In this document: piece after piece, positions 10,545 through 21,017 of the stretch
Layout of the letters: every line of letters starts with the position of its first letter
How positions within the stretch are numbered: the stretch's first letter is position 1
Source of the DNA: an uncultured bacterium
GTDB lineage: Bacteria > Chloroflexota > UBA5177 > JANWHV01
Direction of reading: 5' to 3'
Length of the DNA: 64,000 nucleotides
Assembly: GCA_963827235.1 (NCBI GenBank)
Contig: CAWHAE010000011.1
Span: 32,001-96,000 of the forward strand
Notes under the pieces: generated by a model
Databases searched by the model: none
Seen by the model: the letters and a program-made list of their open reading frames with translations, nothing else
What the model was told of the DNA's origin: nothing
Program-made: the position numbers and the translations under genes

Positions 10545-12026
10545 CTATGCGTGATCCGCGAGCAGGACGTTGACGTTCTTGGTCTGGAGGTAGGACAGCA
10601 TCTCGCCCAGGTCTTCCTCGCGTCCCACCCCGGATTCCTTGACGCCGCCGTAGGGAGTCCCGGGAAAGTGCCTCGAACTGTCGTTCACCCAGACGTAGCC
10701 CGCCTGGACGTCACGCGCGAAGCGATGCGCAGTCCGGAGATCGGCCGTGAATACGCTCGCGGTCAGGCCCAACCCGACCCCATTGGCTATCTGCAAGGCC
10801 TCATCGTAGTCTCGGAACGGCATCGCGACCAGAACCGGGCCGAAGATTTCCTCCTGGGCGATGCGACTGGCCGGGTTCACGTTGTCGAACAAGGTGGGCT
10901 GCACGAACAGGCCCCTGGCCAGTTCCGGGGCCGTGGGCCGCCCACCGCCGACAACGAGGCGGGCTCCGTCTTCGAGGCCGAGGCCAATGTATCGGCGGAC
11001 CTTGTCGAACTGCCCTTGATGGACCATGGCACCGGTATCCGTGGAATCCTCGCAAGGATCCCCGACCCTGAGTTTTCCGATCCTGTCCGCAAGCTTGCCG
11101 ACGAACTCGGCGTGCAGCTGCTGATGGACGATCAACCGGGAGGTCGATCCGCACGATTGGCCCTGCCAGGTGAAGTTCATCCCGCGCACCACGCCATCGA
11201 GTGCAGCGTCGAGGTCCGCGTCTGGAAAAATGACGATCGGATTCTTCCCGCCGAGTTCCAGCGTCACCGTCTTCACGGCGACCTCGGCTGCCCTTCGCTG
11301 GATGGAACGGCCGGTCTCGCTGCCTCCGATGAAGGCGATACGTCGCACGCGGGGATCGGCGACGAGCGCGTCGCCCACGTCGTGGCCCATCCCGGTGACC
11401 ACGTTGACCACGCCCGGCGGGAAGATGTCGATCAAATCGTCGACCAGGGCCAGGATCGACAGCGAGGTGAACTCGCTCGGCTTCAATACGACGGTATTGC
11501 CAGCGATCAACGGCGCCGCAATCTTCGCGACGGCGAACATCAGGGGATGGTTGAAGGGGATGATGCGGGCGGTCACCCCGAATGGCTGGCGCAACGTGTA
11601 GTCCAGTCGATCGTGGGCGACCGGAATGGTCTCGCCTCTCGCCATCAAGGCAAGGCCGGCGAAGTACCGAACCTGGGAAGCCGCAATGCGAACATCGTTG
11701 CGCATCTCCCGGATGGGGCTGCCGTTGTCGGCTGTGTCGATGGCGGCCAATTCATCTCCCCGCCGCTCTACGACGTCGGCCAGCCGCAGCAGGGCCGCCG
11801 CCCTCGCAAGCGGGGACTGGGCGGCCCACCCCGGGAACGCGCGTTCCGCCTCGTCGACTGCATGCTGCACATCGCGCACGCCGCACCGCGTGAACGATGC
11901 GATGCGCTCTCCCGTTGCAGGGTTGGTCGATTCGAGGGGAGGCCCCCCGCAGCCCAGGTACCTCTTGCCACCGATCACGGTGGGCATGACCTCGCTGCCC
12001 AGCAGACTCTTGCCGGAATTGCTCAT
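10545..12026 (-). CDS. Aldehyde dehydrogenase
   Basis: IIPFNHP, LKPSE, LELGGKNP, QGQSCGS (catalytic Cys), EEIFGPV, PYGGVKESGVGRE. Confidence 0.95.
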   Translation of the reverse strand: MSNSGKSLLGSEVMPTVIGGKRYLGCGGPPLESTNPATGERIASFTRCGVRDVQHAVDEAERAFPGWAAQSPLARAAALLRLADVVERRGDELAAIDTADNGSPIREMRNDVRIAASQVRYFAGLALMARGETIPVAHDRLDYTLRQPFGVTARIIPFNHPLMFAVAKIAAPLIAGNTVVLKPSEFTSLSILALVDDLIDIFPPGVVNVVTGMGHDVGDALVADPRVRRIAFIGGSETGRSIQRRAAEVAVKTVTLELGGKNPIVIFPDADLDAALDGVVRGMNFTWQGQSCGSTSRLIVHQQLHAEFVGKLADRIGKLRVGDPCEDSTDTGAMVHQGQFDKVRRYIGLGLEDGARLVVGGGRPTAPELARGLFVQPTLFDNVNPASRIAQEEIFGPVLVAMPFRDYDEALQIANGVGLGLTASVFTADLRTAHRFARDVQAGYVWVNDSSRHFPGTPYGGVKESGVGREEDLGEMLSYLQTKNVNVLLADHA

Positions 12027-13107
12027 GGCCGGTTCACGCCCGCCCGGGAACCGCCTCGCCTGGCGTCGTTAAATGCCGGGAGCACGTCCTGGATGAAGGA
12101 CGCCAACGACGCATTCGACTCTTCTGGCGACATGAAGGCGAAGTTGAAGAGCATGCCCAGGTGCCGCACGCCCGCACTGCGGTACACGTCGATCTGATCG
12201 ATCACCGACGATGCCGTACCGACGATGAACTGCTTGCGGACGTACTCCTCCGGATTGCCCGTGGGCCCGATCACGGCCCCCAGCGCACCGCCGGGGATCT
12301 TCGCACTGGTGCGGACCCCGTACTCGTGAAGCATCTGGACGCGGCGAATCGCCTCGTCATAGGCCTCGGCGTCCGAGTCGCGCACGATCACGTTACGAAA
12401 GCAGAAGCTCCACTCAAGCCTGTCCTCGATGATGTCCTCGGAAAAGCCAGCCGTAGCCATCGCGCTACGATAGATCTCCAGTCGCTGAAGCAACTCTGGC
12501 AACTCCAGACGGGCCATGTAGATGTACTCCGCCACCAGGCCGGCGTCGTGAGCGGCCTTGTCGTTGATCGTCATCCTGGCCAGGGGCGGGTGCGCGCGGT
12601 GGTAGCCGCTGGGCATCACGCGGGAATAGATCGTGCCCGTCTCGTATCGCGTGGACCACTTCAGGGGCGCGTCCCCCTCCTTCATGCTCCAGGCGGCCTT
12701 CATCGCAGCCAGCACCGCTCGGAAGTCTTCCTGCTTGTCGGCGGGATTGCGGCCCAGCCCCACGAATTCCATCGCGTCGCCACCGTGGCCAGGCCCACGA
12801 TCGTATTGCCCTTGGTCAGCACGTCCATGAGGTTGATGTGCTCGGCCAGGGCAATGGGGTTGTGCAGGGGAGCGATGACGGCACTGTGGATGAAGCGGGT
12901 GCCCGGAGCGCAGCGGCCGGCGAGGTGCGCTGCCATCATCAGGTTGCTGCTGTAGGTGTTCCACTCGGAGAAGTGGTGCTCGGTCAGGCCCACTCCGACG
13001 AAGCCGGCGTGGGTGGCCCGGACGGCCTGGTCGATGCACGTCTCGATGATGTCCGCGTCATGCTCCGCGCCAGGTGTCTGAGCATTGACGTAGTAGGTGA
13101 ATTTCAT
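12023..13107 (-). CDS. LLM-class (luciferase-like) flavin-dependent monooxygenase, one frameshift near 12790
   Basis: N-part AGFVGVGLTEHHFS...LHNPIALAEHINLMDVLTKG continues in another frame to FIVGTASSVIDQIDVYRSAGVRHL. Confidence 0.85.
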
Positions 13108-13133
13108 GTCTCGGACTCACTCTCGTTATGTGT

Positions 13134-13152
13134 TGCAGAAGCCTATTCTGCA
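13134..13152. promoter_or_regulatory. Inverted repeat TGCAGAA-N5-TTCTGCA upstream of the LLM-ALDH-crotonase genes
   Basis: Perfect 7-bp arms, 27 bp from the LLM start; same spacing as the motif at 9360/14920/17136. Confidence 0.55.
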
Positions 13153-13218
13153 GGGTAGCAGGCGAGATGGCACATCTCAACAACAGCGGCCAGCCGCGGC
13201 CAACGCCGCGTTGGCGAG

Positions 13219-13647
13219 TCAGGCTGCGGCAGGGCCGCCAGGCCCTGCCGCCGGGGAGACCTCGTTGCCGGTTTCCGCGGACCGGTGACTCGCGGGCGAC
13301 CCAGCCGTTCGAACCTCCGGCATGGGTCGCAGCCGTCGCAACCGGGCTTGGGCCGACGCCGCCATCATCTCGGGCTTCCATTCCCAGGCGCCCGAGCGCG
13401 TGTCGCAGGTGACCCGCTCGACGCCATCGATCGCCATGAGGTTGTCTTCGATCGCCGAGATGATGTTCGAGGCCTGCCAGCAGACGGGGCTCGTGAAACG
13501 CAGTTGGATCTCGACGTGGGTCCCGTCGATCTTGATTCCTCGCACGATCCCCATATCGACCAGGTTGATCGGTACGCCGGTGGCGATGCTGCAGGGATCG
13601 ACCACGCTTCTCAATGCCTCGGTCACCTGGTCTTGAGAGATCATCAC
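13219..13647 (-). CDS. DUF59 / SufT-PaaD-like metal-sulfur cluster assembly protein
   Basis: VTEALRSVVDPC...INLVDMGIV...LRFTSPVC...WEWKPEMM. Confidence 0.85.
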   Translation of the reverse strand: MMISQDQVTEALRSVVDPCSIATGVPINLVDMGIVRGIKIDGTHVEIQLRFTSPVCWQASNIISAIEDNLMAIDGVERVTCDTRSGAWEWKPEMMAASAQARLRRLRPMPEVRTAGSPASHRSAETGNEVSPAAGPGGPAAA

Positions 13648-14726
13648 TCAGCCCGGCCCGCAGACGCGGTCGTGGAGTACGGGTCAGCAGGAGCACCTGC
13701 TCCCCGACGCTTCGCGAACTCGTCATTGCGGATTGCAGCGAGGCGCGATTCGAGATCGAGCCCGACCATCTCGGCGTAGTTGTCGGCAAGGATACGGCGT
13801 TTGTCATCTTCGGTGATCTGCCTGACGCCCCCTCGCTCGACGGTGTCGTCGTTGAACCGAAACTCGCGAACGAAGCGCTCGAGCGCGGGCCGTGGGTGGA
13901 TTGCCATGCAGCCAGTCCCCCACATGATCCGGCGCAGCGCGTGTTCCTGCCCGACCCGCATGAGGTTAAACATCGCATCGTGGAACTGCCCGGGGGCGTG
14001 AATCAGCATCGCGCTCGTGATCTCGAGGTTGACCCAAACGTTCTGGAAGCGAGCGAGCTGCCACGCGGTTTCCTCGACAAAGGCGGCTCCACCATGAACG
14101 ATCTCGAAATTCAGCTCCGGGAACGCGATCGCCGCACGGTCGATGTCGTCCACCTTGTAGACGTCCATGGGCACAGGCCCCATCGGCACCGCCTTGTGAA
14201 TCGCTACGACCTTGAGCCCGAGTTTTTGCGCGCGCTCGAAAACGGGGAACGCCACTTCCGGGTCGTCCATCCGCCAGCCCCTGACCTGGTCAGCGACGAA
14301 GGTGTTCGGATAGAGCTTCACGCCGACCGGCTTGAGCAGTTCCACCTGGCGATCCAGCTCGTCGAGCGCGCGCTTCCCGTCCAGCGGGTCGACGCCGGCA
14401 TACACCACCGTGCGGTGGGGCCAGCGTTGCTTGGCCTCGAGCGCCTTCGCGAGCGAACAGCTGCCATCCTTGTAGGCGCCGATCTGCAGAGCGTGGTGCA
14501 CGGCGATGTCCGCATAGCTCTCGACGAACGACACGTTCGAGATCTCTTCGACCGACCAGTCGCGGATCCAGGTGTCCTGGGGAAGGCGATATCCCGGGGC
14601 CGCCGCGGCGTGGGTTGCGTGGTACACCTGCTGCGCCAGGATCGCGCCGTAGCGGTTCGCGTAATTGTCGGGCGCCCAGTTGTAGGCGTGGACGATCGCG
14701 TCAATGACTGGAAATCCGTCGATCAT
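13644..14726 (-). CDS. Amidohydrolase_2 family metalloenzyme
   Basis: IDAIVHAYN, GVKLYP, AIHKAVP, FEIVHGG, IMWGTG; its stop overlaps the DUF59 start. Confidence 0.88.
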   Translation of the reverse strand: MIDGFPVIDAIVHAYNWAPDNYANRYGAILAQQVYHATHAAAAPGYRLPQDTWIRDWSVEEISNVSFVESYADIAVHHALQIGAYKDGSCSLAKALEAKQRWPHRTVVYAGVDPLDGKRALDELDRQVELLKPVGVKLYPNTFVADQVRGWRMDDPEVAFPVFERAQKLGLKVVAIHKAVPMGPVPMDVYKVDDIDRAAIAFPELNFEIVHGGAAFVEETAWQLARFQNVWVNLEITSAMLIHAPGQFHDAMFNLMRVGQEHALRRIMWGTGCMAIHPRPALERFVREFRFNDDTVERGGVRQITEDDKRRILADNYAEMVGLDLESRLAAIRNDEFAKRRGAGAPADPYSTTASAGRAE

Positions 14727-14919
14727 ATTGCTCCCCTGTGGGCCGCCGACATGCCGCTGCGGCGAACGTGACGCCCGAATCCATCAGGACGACGTCGCGC
14801 AGGAGCCATCCTGCTGCACCCCAACTGATGGTGGTGTCCTTATTGGTCAATCCGACTGCGGGTCGGTCACATCGGCACCTCTGGGAAGCGCCGCGCCACA
14901 ACTGCAGCGGTGCACTCTC

Positions 14920-14970
14920 CAGAATGTCAATCTGCAGGACATAATACCAAGAAGGCTCGAGCGCGTGCAA
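14920..14970 (-). promoter_or_regulatory. Sigma70-like promoter TTGCAC-N18-TATTAT with adjacent operator motif
   Basis: Minus strand TTGCACgcgctcgagccttcttggTATTATgtcctGCAGATtgacATTCTG, upstream of the amidohydrolase. Confidence 0.55.
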
Positions 14971-15031
14971 GCCAACGGCAGGCCTGGGGCCCCGGCGGAT
15001 TTCCGTCCGCAAGGGCAGCCGGGCGCAGGGC

Positions 15032-16276
15032 TCACTTCAGGCGAACCTGCAGCTTGTGCATGCCGCGGGCCGTTATGCCGCCTATCCAATGGGGCTCTTC
15101 GTCGCACAGCTGCATTCCCGGGAAGCGGCGCGCGAGCTCGACGAGCACGATGTTCGCTTCGAGGCGCGCCAGATGCTGCCCGATGCAGACGTGGAGCCCG
15201 CCGCCGAAGCTCAGCGGTCTGACATCCTTGCGCGTAATGTCGAGCCGATCCGGATCCGGGAATCGCTCCGGATCGCGGTTTGCGGCCCCCATCAGCGGGA
15301 CCACCGTATCGCCGGCGGGAATGGTCGCGGTGGGAAGCACTATGTCTTCCGTGGCGATCCGGTGTGGCGGCTCGGCCTGCACGGACGATTCGAAGCGCAG
15401 GAGTTCCTCGACGGCGCCATCCACGAGCCCGGCAGGGTCCGAGGTGAAGAGCTCCCACTGGTCACGATGGCGAAGCAGGGAGTAGACCGCGTTGCCGAGG
15501 AAGTGCGTCGTGGTCTCAAACCCCGCGATGTAGAGCAGGCCCGCGTTGGCGAGGACTTCCTCCTCGGTCAGCGTTCCGGCTTCCATGGCGGCCACCGACC
15601 TGCTGAGCAGGTCCTCGCCCGAGCCGCCGCGCCGCTGCTTGATGCGGTCGCCGAGGAAGCCGTTGAGCTTGTCCATGGCGTTGTCCGCCGTGCGCAGGAC
15701 GCCCTCGTCGACCATCGGCTCGAAGGTCGGGCCGACGGCGGCCGCCCAGTCGATGAAGGCCTGGATGTCGTCGCTACCCGGCAGCCCCATGAGATGTCCC
15801 ATGACTTTGATGGTGAGCTGATAGCCCAGTTCCCCGACGATGTCGATCTCGCCGCGCGCCGTCGCGCTGTTGAGCAGCTCATCGGTCAGGGACGCGATGA
15901 ACGGCCGCAGCTCCATGACCCGTGAGCGATTGAATATGGCCGAGTTGTAAACGGCCCGCTTCGCGTGGTACTCGGGCGGATTCGAGAAGATCAGCCAGTG
16001 ACTCTGGCTCTCCGCGAACGACCGCTTCGCGGCCACGTCGGTGCCGCTGCTGCGTTGGTGGAAGTCCTCGAAGTGGCGGACGAAGCGCTTGTCCTTGAGG
16101 ATCTTCTGAACGTCGTCGTAGCGGGTGAGCACCCAGAAATTGCCTACCGACGAGCGATGGACGGGGTCGAGTTCGCGCAGCCGCGCGAACAGCGGATACG
16201 GATCGGACTGGTGCTCGGTCATGAGCCGCCGGAGGACGGCGTCGGCCTCCTCGGCGCGTGCTGGTGTCGTGGCCAC
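15032..16276 (-). CDS. Cytochrome P450
   Basis: I-helix AGFETT, EELLR (ExxR), ANRDPERF, heme motif FGGGLHVCIG. Confidence 0.96.
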   Translation of the reverse strand: MATTPARAEEADAVLRRLMTEHQSDPYPLFARLRELDPVHRSSVGNFWVLTRYDDVQKILKDKRFVRHFEDFHQRSSGTDVAAKRSFAESQSHWLIFSNPPEYHAKRAVYNSAIFNRSRVMELRPFIASLTDELLNSATARGEIDIVGELGYQLTIKVMGHLMGLPGSDDIQAFIDWAAAVGPTFEPMVDEGVLRTADNAMDKLNGFLGDRIKQRRGGSGEDLLSRSVAAMEAGTLTEEEVLANAGLLYIAGFETTTHFLGNAVYSLLRHRDQWELFTSDPAGLVDGAVEELLRFESSVQAEPPHRIATEDIVLPTATIPAGDTVVPLMGAANRDPERFPDPDRLDITRKDVRPLSFGGGLHVCIGQHLARLEANIVLVELARRFPGMQLCDEEPHWIGGITARGMHKLQVRLK

Positions 16277-16405
16277 TTGAGAACCCCCTATAGATCCGTG
16301 TTGGTCAGGATGAAGATGGAACGGGGCACGCCGGATGCGCTGCGACTGGAGCCGGACAGGGCCCGGTACGCGACGACTCGAACCGGCGCATCGGAGCGAC
16401 ACTGT

Positions 16406-17075
16406 TCATCGTGCGCCGCCCAATCGGTTGAGCAGCACTGCGCTCACCAGGATCACTCCCGTTACGATCTGCTGCCAGTAGCTGGAGATATCCGAGAGGC
16501 TCAGTCCGTTCCCGAGCGTCGCAAGAGAAAGGACTCCGAGCGCGGTCCCGCCCACTCCACCCGACCCGCCATTGATGCGCGTGCCACCGAGCAAGACCGC
16601 ATCGATGGCCTCGGGCGGGACGTGGTTGTCGATCGTCGGGCTGGCGGCACCGCTGCGCCCGATCCCGATCACGGCCGCGAGTGCGGAAGCGATTCCGGAA
16701 AGGGCGAAGGCGAAGGCGATCATGCGCTCCGTATTGATTCCTGCCAGGCGCGCGGCCTGGCAATTGCCTCCGACCGCGTAGACGTCTCGCCCGCAGTACG
16801 TACGGTTCTGGAGGAGTTGGGCGAGTACGAAGGTCACGCCCATGATCCACAGGGAAATGTTCACGCCCAGGAAACTGCCGAAGACGATGGAGTCCGTGAT
16901 TGACGCCTGGACGGGAATCGCCATCGTGTCCGACCGCAGGTTGACGAGCCCCGTTGAATGCCGTCAGCGACGCCAGGGTCACGAGCAGGAACGATAGCCC
17001 GAGGCGGCCGATGAGGACGCCGTTGACGCCACCGCCGAGCAGTGCTCCGACCGCGATCGTGATGGCCAGGGGGAG
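16406..17075 (-). pseudogene. Sugar-type ABC transporter permease (RbsC-like), 5'-truncated and frameshifted
   Basis: GGVNGVLIGRLGLSFLLVTL, GRDVYAVGGNCQAARLAGIN, AIDAVLLGGT, YWQQIVTGVIL. N-terminus missing; no ATPase or binding-protein gene adjacent. Confidence 0.8.
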
Positions 17076-17434
17076 GCGACTCACTGCTGCCATCTCTCTT
17101 GATTGGCGGCCCCGCCTCAAGATCATCTGGTAGTAAGAATATCGATCTGCGGACCATAACATACCAGCCCGTCGCGCGGATTGCCATCGCTAATGCATCC
17201 AATAGGATCATCAGCGGGCGATCGGCGGGTGCCGTGCATCATTGGCCGGATTGAAGATCGTGCGCCAACACAGGAATCGCGGTTGCCCGCATCGAGCTTG
17301 CGTAGCGCATCCGCCAGCGGCAGTGCTCATTTGGGCCCGGCCGACAAGGTCGCAGCGTGGCGCAGCAGCCGCTGCGGGATCGAGCCCGCGACTACCGTTG
17401 TGTCGGCGACCCCGGATGCGCCGGGCCCAATCGC

Positions 17435-19123
17435 TCAGTAGCCGACGAAGGGGGAGCGCGACGACTTCGGTTCCTGCCTGCACACGACGTCCAGCACTAC
17501 AGGTCCCTTCAGGAGCGGGAGGTGTCGCTCAAGGGCCGCCGTCAATTCGGCCGGCGTCTCCACTCTCTCGGCGGTGGCGCCAAGGCCGCGACAGATGGCG
17601 GCGTTGTCCGCCTGCCATCCGAATCGGAGGTCCATCCCCGCTTCGAGGACGGCAGCGGCTCCGCGCGCTACGCTGCCACGCATGCTGCTCCAGCCGCCGT
17701 TGTTGAGGATCACGACGAGCAGGGGCCGGTCGTACTGGACGGCAGTCCAGATGGCCTGCATCCCGAAGAGGAATCCACCGTCGCCGATGATCGCCACGAC
17801 TGGCGCTGCTCCCAGTGCGAAGGACACGCCCACCGCCGCGCCGAGGCCCCATCCCTGGCAGCTCGCCGAGGCGCATACGTAGTGCCGGCTCGTCGGCAGG
17901 GGAAAGTTCTCGCGCACCAGCAGGGTCGCGGTCGTCGCATGCTCGACGAGGACCGTTTCAGGAGGGAGCGCCTTGCGCAGTTCCGCGCAGATCCTCGCCA
18001 CGCTCATCGGCTGCGCGTCCCAGGATTTTTCGCGCGACTCTTCCAGGTGCCGACGATCGGCCGCGATCTGCTCGCGAACCGCGGCCGCACGCTGTAATAG
18101 CCGCGGTTCGGCGAGTCCTTCGCCTGACTTGCGGCACGCGGCGGCTAGGGCCACCACGCTGGGCCCGACCGGCCCGATCACGGCGATCTGCGCGTGCGCG
18201 ATCTTGTTGAGTTCACGGCCGGAACTTCCAAACCAGAAGTGCCGCTTGCTCCGCCCTGCATGGAGGACCCGACCATGGACGGCCTCATAGGTATTGGCGC
18301 CCACGTGCAGGATGACGTCCGCGCGCTCGACCAGCTCGGCCGCCTCGACGAGCGTCCCGCCGAAGAACTCGAATCGCACCGGCGCAGGAAGCATGGCGGG
18401 ATCCGGCTCGGCGACGATCGGACACGAGTAGAGCGACGCCAGCGCCGTCAGCTCCTCGCTGACTCCCGCCATGATTGCCTCGTAACCCACGACCAGCAGC
18501 GGAAACTCCGCACGCTCCAGCGCGCGGGCGATCTCCTCGATGCGTTCGTCCGCAGGGTCGACACGGACTTGGGCCAGAAGGGTCGGCGTCCAGGCGGTGT
18601 ACTCGATCTCCTGGCTCCAGTAATCCACCGGGATTGCCACGAAGGTCGGCCCACAGGGCGGGGTCGTCGCGATCGTGTAGGCCCGGCGTAGGGCCTCCGG
18701 AACGCGGTCGGCGGTAGGGGGCATCCAGGCCCACTTCGTGAATGGGCGCACCGAAGCGATGATGTCGCTGATCTCGGCTCGGTGATCGGCTCCCACGGCC
18801 CACGACTCCGCCTGCGTGGCGGTGACGACGAGCGGTACGCGATCGCGGGCCGCGACGAAGATGGCGCTCGCGCCGTTCAACACACCCGTGCTCATGTAGA
18901 GGTTCAGGAACGATGCTTGACCACGGACTCGCGCATAGCCATCGGCCATCGCCGCCAGGGGAAACTCGTGCGGCGCGGTCACGTGCTCCAGTTGCGGAAA
19001 CTTCGGCAGCTCGTTGAGAAGCGGGTATACGCCCCGCCCAGGCATGTCGAACAGCCGGTCTGCGCCGGCATCGACCATGGAGCGCAGGGTGGCTTCTGCG
19101 CACGTCATACGCTGACGAGACAT
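17435..19123 (-). CDS. ThDP-dependent enzyme, benzoylformate decarboxylase-like
   Basis: APHE (catalytic Glu), AMADGYAR, GWGLGAAVG, GDGG...VILNNGGW ThDP/Mg motif. Confidence 0.9.
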   Translation of the reverse strand: MSRQRMTCAEATLRSMVDAGADRLFDMPGRGVYPLLNELPKFPQLEHVTAPHEFPLAAMADGYARVRGQASFLNLYMSTGVLNGASAIFVAARDRVPLVVTATQAESWAVGADHRAEISDIIASVRPFTKWAWMPPTADRVPEALRRAYTIATTPPCGPTFVAIPVDYWSQEIEYTAWTPTLLAQVRVDPADERIEEIARALERAEFPLLVVGYEAIMAGVSEELTALASLYSCPIVAEPDPAMLPAPVRFEFFGGTLVEAAELVERADVILHVGANTYEAVHGRVLHAGRSKRHFWFGSSGRELNKIAHAQIAVIGPVGPSVVALAAACRKSGEGLAEPRLLQRAAAVREQIAADRRHLEESREKSWDAQPMSVARICAELRKALPPETVLVEHATTATLLVRENFPLPTSRHYVCASASCQGWGLGAAVGVSFALGAAPVVAIIGDGGFLFGMQAIWTAVQYDRPLLVVILNNGGWSSMRGSVARGAAAVLEAGMDLRFGWQADNAAICRGLGATAERVETPAELTAALERHLPLLKGPVVLDVVCRQEPKSSRSPFVGY

Positions 19124-19166
19124 TCAGGTGCTCCTGATCAGAGAAGTTGCAGCGACCAGGCTCGTG

Positions 19167-20162
19167 CTAGACCGCGAAGGACTCAAGGCTTTCCGGAACG
19201 AAGAGGTCCGCGGGGTCCCACGCAGTGCTTGCCAGGCCCTGTGCATGCGAGTAGCGCAGGAAGGTCGCCAGGACCTTGCGGTTCTCGTCACTGAGGCCGT
19301 ACGCCCATGGGTTCGGCCCCATGATGGCCTCCGTCTCCTCGGCGTGGGCGATCAACCACGGGAGCGAGAATCTCAGCGCGGTTGTGTCGTGCTGCGCAGG
19401 GCGAACCTCGTTGAGCGAGGTATCAAAGGCCTTCTGGAGGTTCTTCGCGATCCAACGGTCCCGTTCGTAAATCTCCCGCCGGATGGCGACGGTGTGCATG
19501 ATCGGGAAGATCCCCGTGGTCTGGTAGTAGTCGCGTTCTACGGAAACGGCATCCGGGAACAGCCTTGTGACGCGTCCGTTGCCGAAGGTGCTTGGCGTGC
19601 GCGGAGCGTAGATCGCATCGATGGCGCCTTGGTCGAGCATCGCCGACAGGGTGGCACCCTCGGGGGCTCGCTCGATCGACACGGATTCAGGAAGCCTGAC
19701 TCGAGCCTTCTCGATGCGACCGGGCTGTTCCAGGCCGCCGGTGACGTAGGTGACGCTGTCGTGCGGCACCCCGTAGAACTCCTCGAGGATTCCCCGGATC
19801 CATACGATCGCAGTCAATTGGTACTCGGGGATCCCCACGCGCCTGCCGACGAGGTCCGAGGGTTGACCGACCGCACCGCCTTGGCGAATGAATATCCCCG
19901 AATGCCGAAAGGCGCGCGAAGGGAAGACGGGGATTGCCACAAACGGGCGCTGGGGATCGTCGAGGGAAAGCACGTAGGACGACAACGACATCTCGGCGAC
20001 GTCGAATTCCTTGAATCGCATCATCCGGAAAAATGACTCTTCAGGGGTCAGAGTCAAGTACACCAGATCGATGCCCTGCGGCCTGACGCGCCCATCACTC
20101 AGGGACCGGGTGCGATCGTAGTCCCAGCAGGCAAGCGACAGTCGGAGGGTGGAGTCGGACAC
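19167..20162 (-). CDS. 4,5-dihydroxyphthalate decarboxylase-like protein (periplasmic-binding-protein fold)
   Basis: LSLACWDYDRT, FDVAEMSLSSY, IPVFPSRAFRHS, GIPEYQLTA, GIFPIMHTVAIR. Confidence 0.85.
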   Translation of the reverse strand: MSDSTLRLSLACWDYDRTRSLSDGRVRPQGIDLVYLTLTPEESFFRMMRFKEFDVAEMSLSSYVLSLDDPQRPFVAIPVFPSRAFRHSGIFIRQGGAVGQPSDLVGRRVGIPEYQLTAIVWIRGILEEFYGVPHDSVTYVTGGLEQPGRIEKARVRLPESVSIERAPEGATLSAMLDQGAIDAIYAPRTPSTFGNGRVTRLFPDAVSVERDYYQTTGIFPIMHTVAIRREIYERDRWIAKNLQKAFDTSLNEVRPAQHDTTALRFSLPWLIAHAEETEAIMGPNPWAYGLSDENRKVLATFLRYSHAQGLASTAWDPADLFVPESLESFAV

Positions 20163-20171
20163 GGCAATCCT

Positions 20172-20186
20172 TTCCGCTTTGCGGAA
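20172..20186. promoter_or_regulatory. Palindrome TTCCGC-TTT-GCGGAA, candidate IclR operator
   Basis: Perfect 6-bp arms between the IclR gene and the decarboxylase start codon. Confidence 0.5.
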
Positions 20187-20242
20187 GATCAGTCTGCTCA
20201 CGATAACGGGCAGACCGATCCTTTACAAGGAGCCGAGCCCGG

Positions 20243-21017
20243 CTACAACTGTTCGCTGACCTCCTTAACCGCAGCAGCCAGGCGCGGCACCGCGCGTTCG
20301 GCGAATTGGTCACTGAACCGGCTCACCGGCACCGCCACGCTCATCGCGGCCGCGACCTGGCCCGAGGGAGTCAGAGATCAGGGCCGCGACGGCCGCTACA
20401 TCACTCTCGATCTCGCCAACGCTGACCGCATAACCGTCGCGTGCGATCTGCTTCAGCGACTTGAAGAGCGCCCTTCGATTGACGAGCGAGGCTCGGGTGC
20501 CACCCGGCAATTTCTCCTCCGGATACAGCTCAGCCAGTCGATCGCCCGGCAACGCGGCCAAGAGCACTTTCCCGAGGGCCGTCATGTGCGCCGGCAGGCG
20601 CATTCCTACCCTCGAGCCCACCCTCACGATGTGCCGACTCTCGACAGAATCGAGGAAGATCACCTCAGTACGATCGAGAACTGCGAGATGGATGGTCTCG
20701 CTGAGGTCGCTGTTTAGCCGCTCCATGACCGGACGCGCAATCGCGCGCACGTCCATGGCCCGCACGACCGCGAGTCCGATCTGGGCCAGGGCCGCGCCCG
20801 CACGATAAGCCTTGGAGCGCGGATCCTGCTCGACGAAACCGTGGTATTTCAGCATGGCGATGAGGCGATGCGCGGTCGAAGGCGCCACGCCCAAGGTTCG
20901 ACTCGCGTCCGCCACTCGCAAAGTGGGCTGCTCACGGAACAGCAGCAACAGTTGCAGCGCATTATCGACCGACTCAATGGGGTACGCCGGCGGCTTGGGC
21001 GTGGCAGCTTCAGGCAT
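20243..21017 (-). CDS. IclR family transcriptional regulator, frameshift near the 3' end
   Basis: IESVDNALQLL, GVAPSTAHRL, ETIHLAVL, PAHMTALGKVLLA; alternate frame AAMSVAVPVSRF ends at TAG 20243. Confidence 0.9.
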
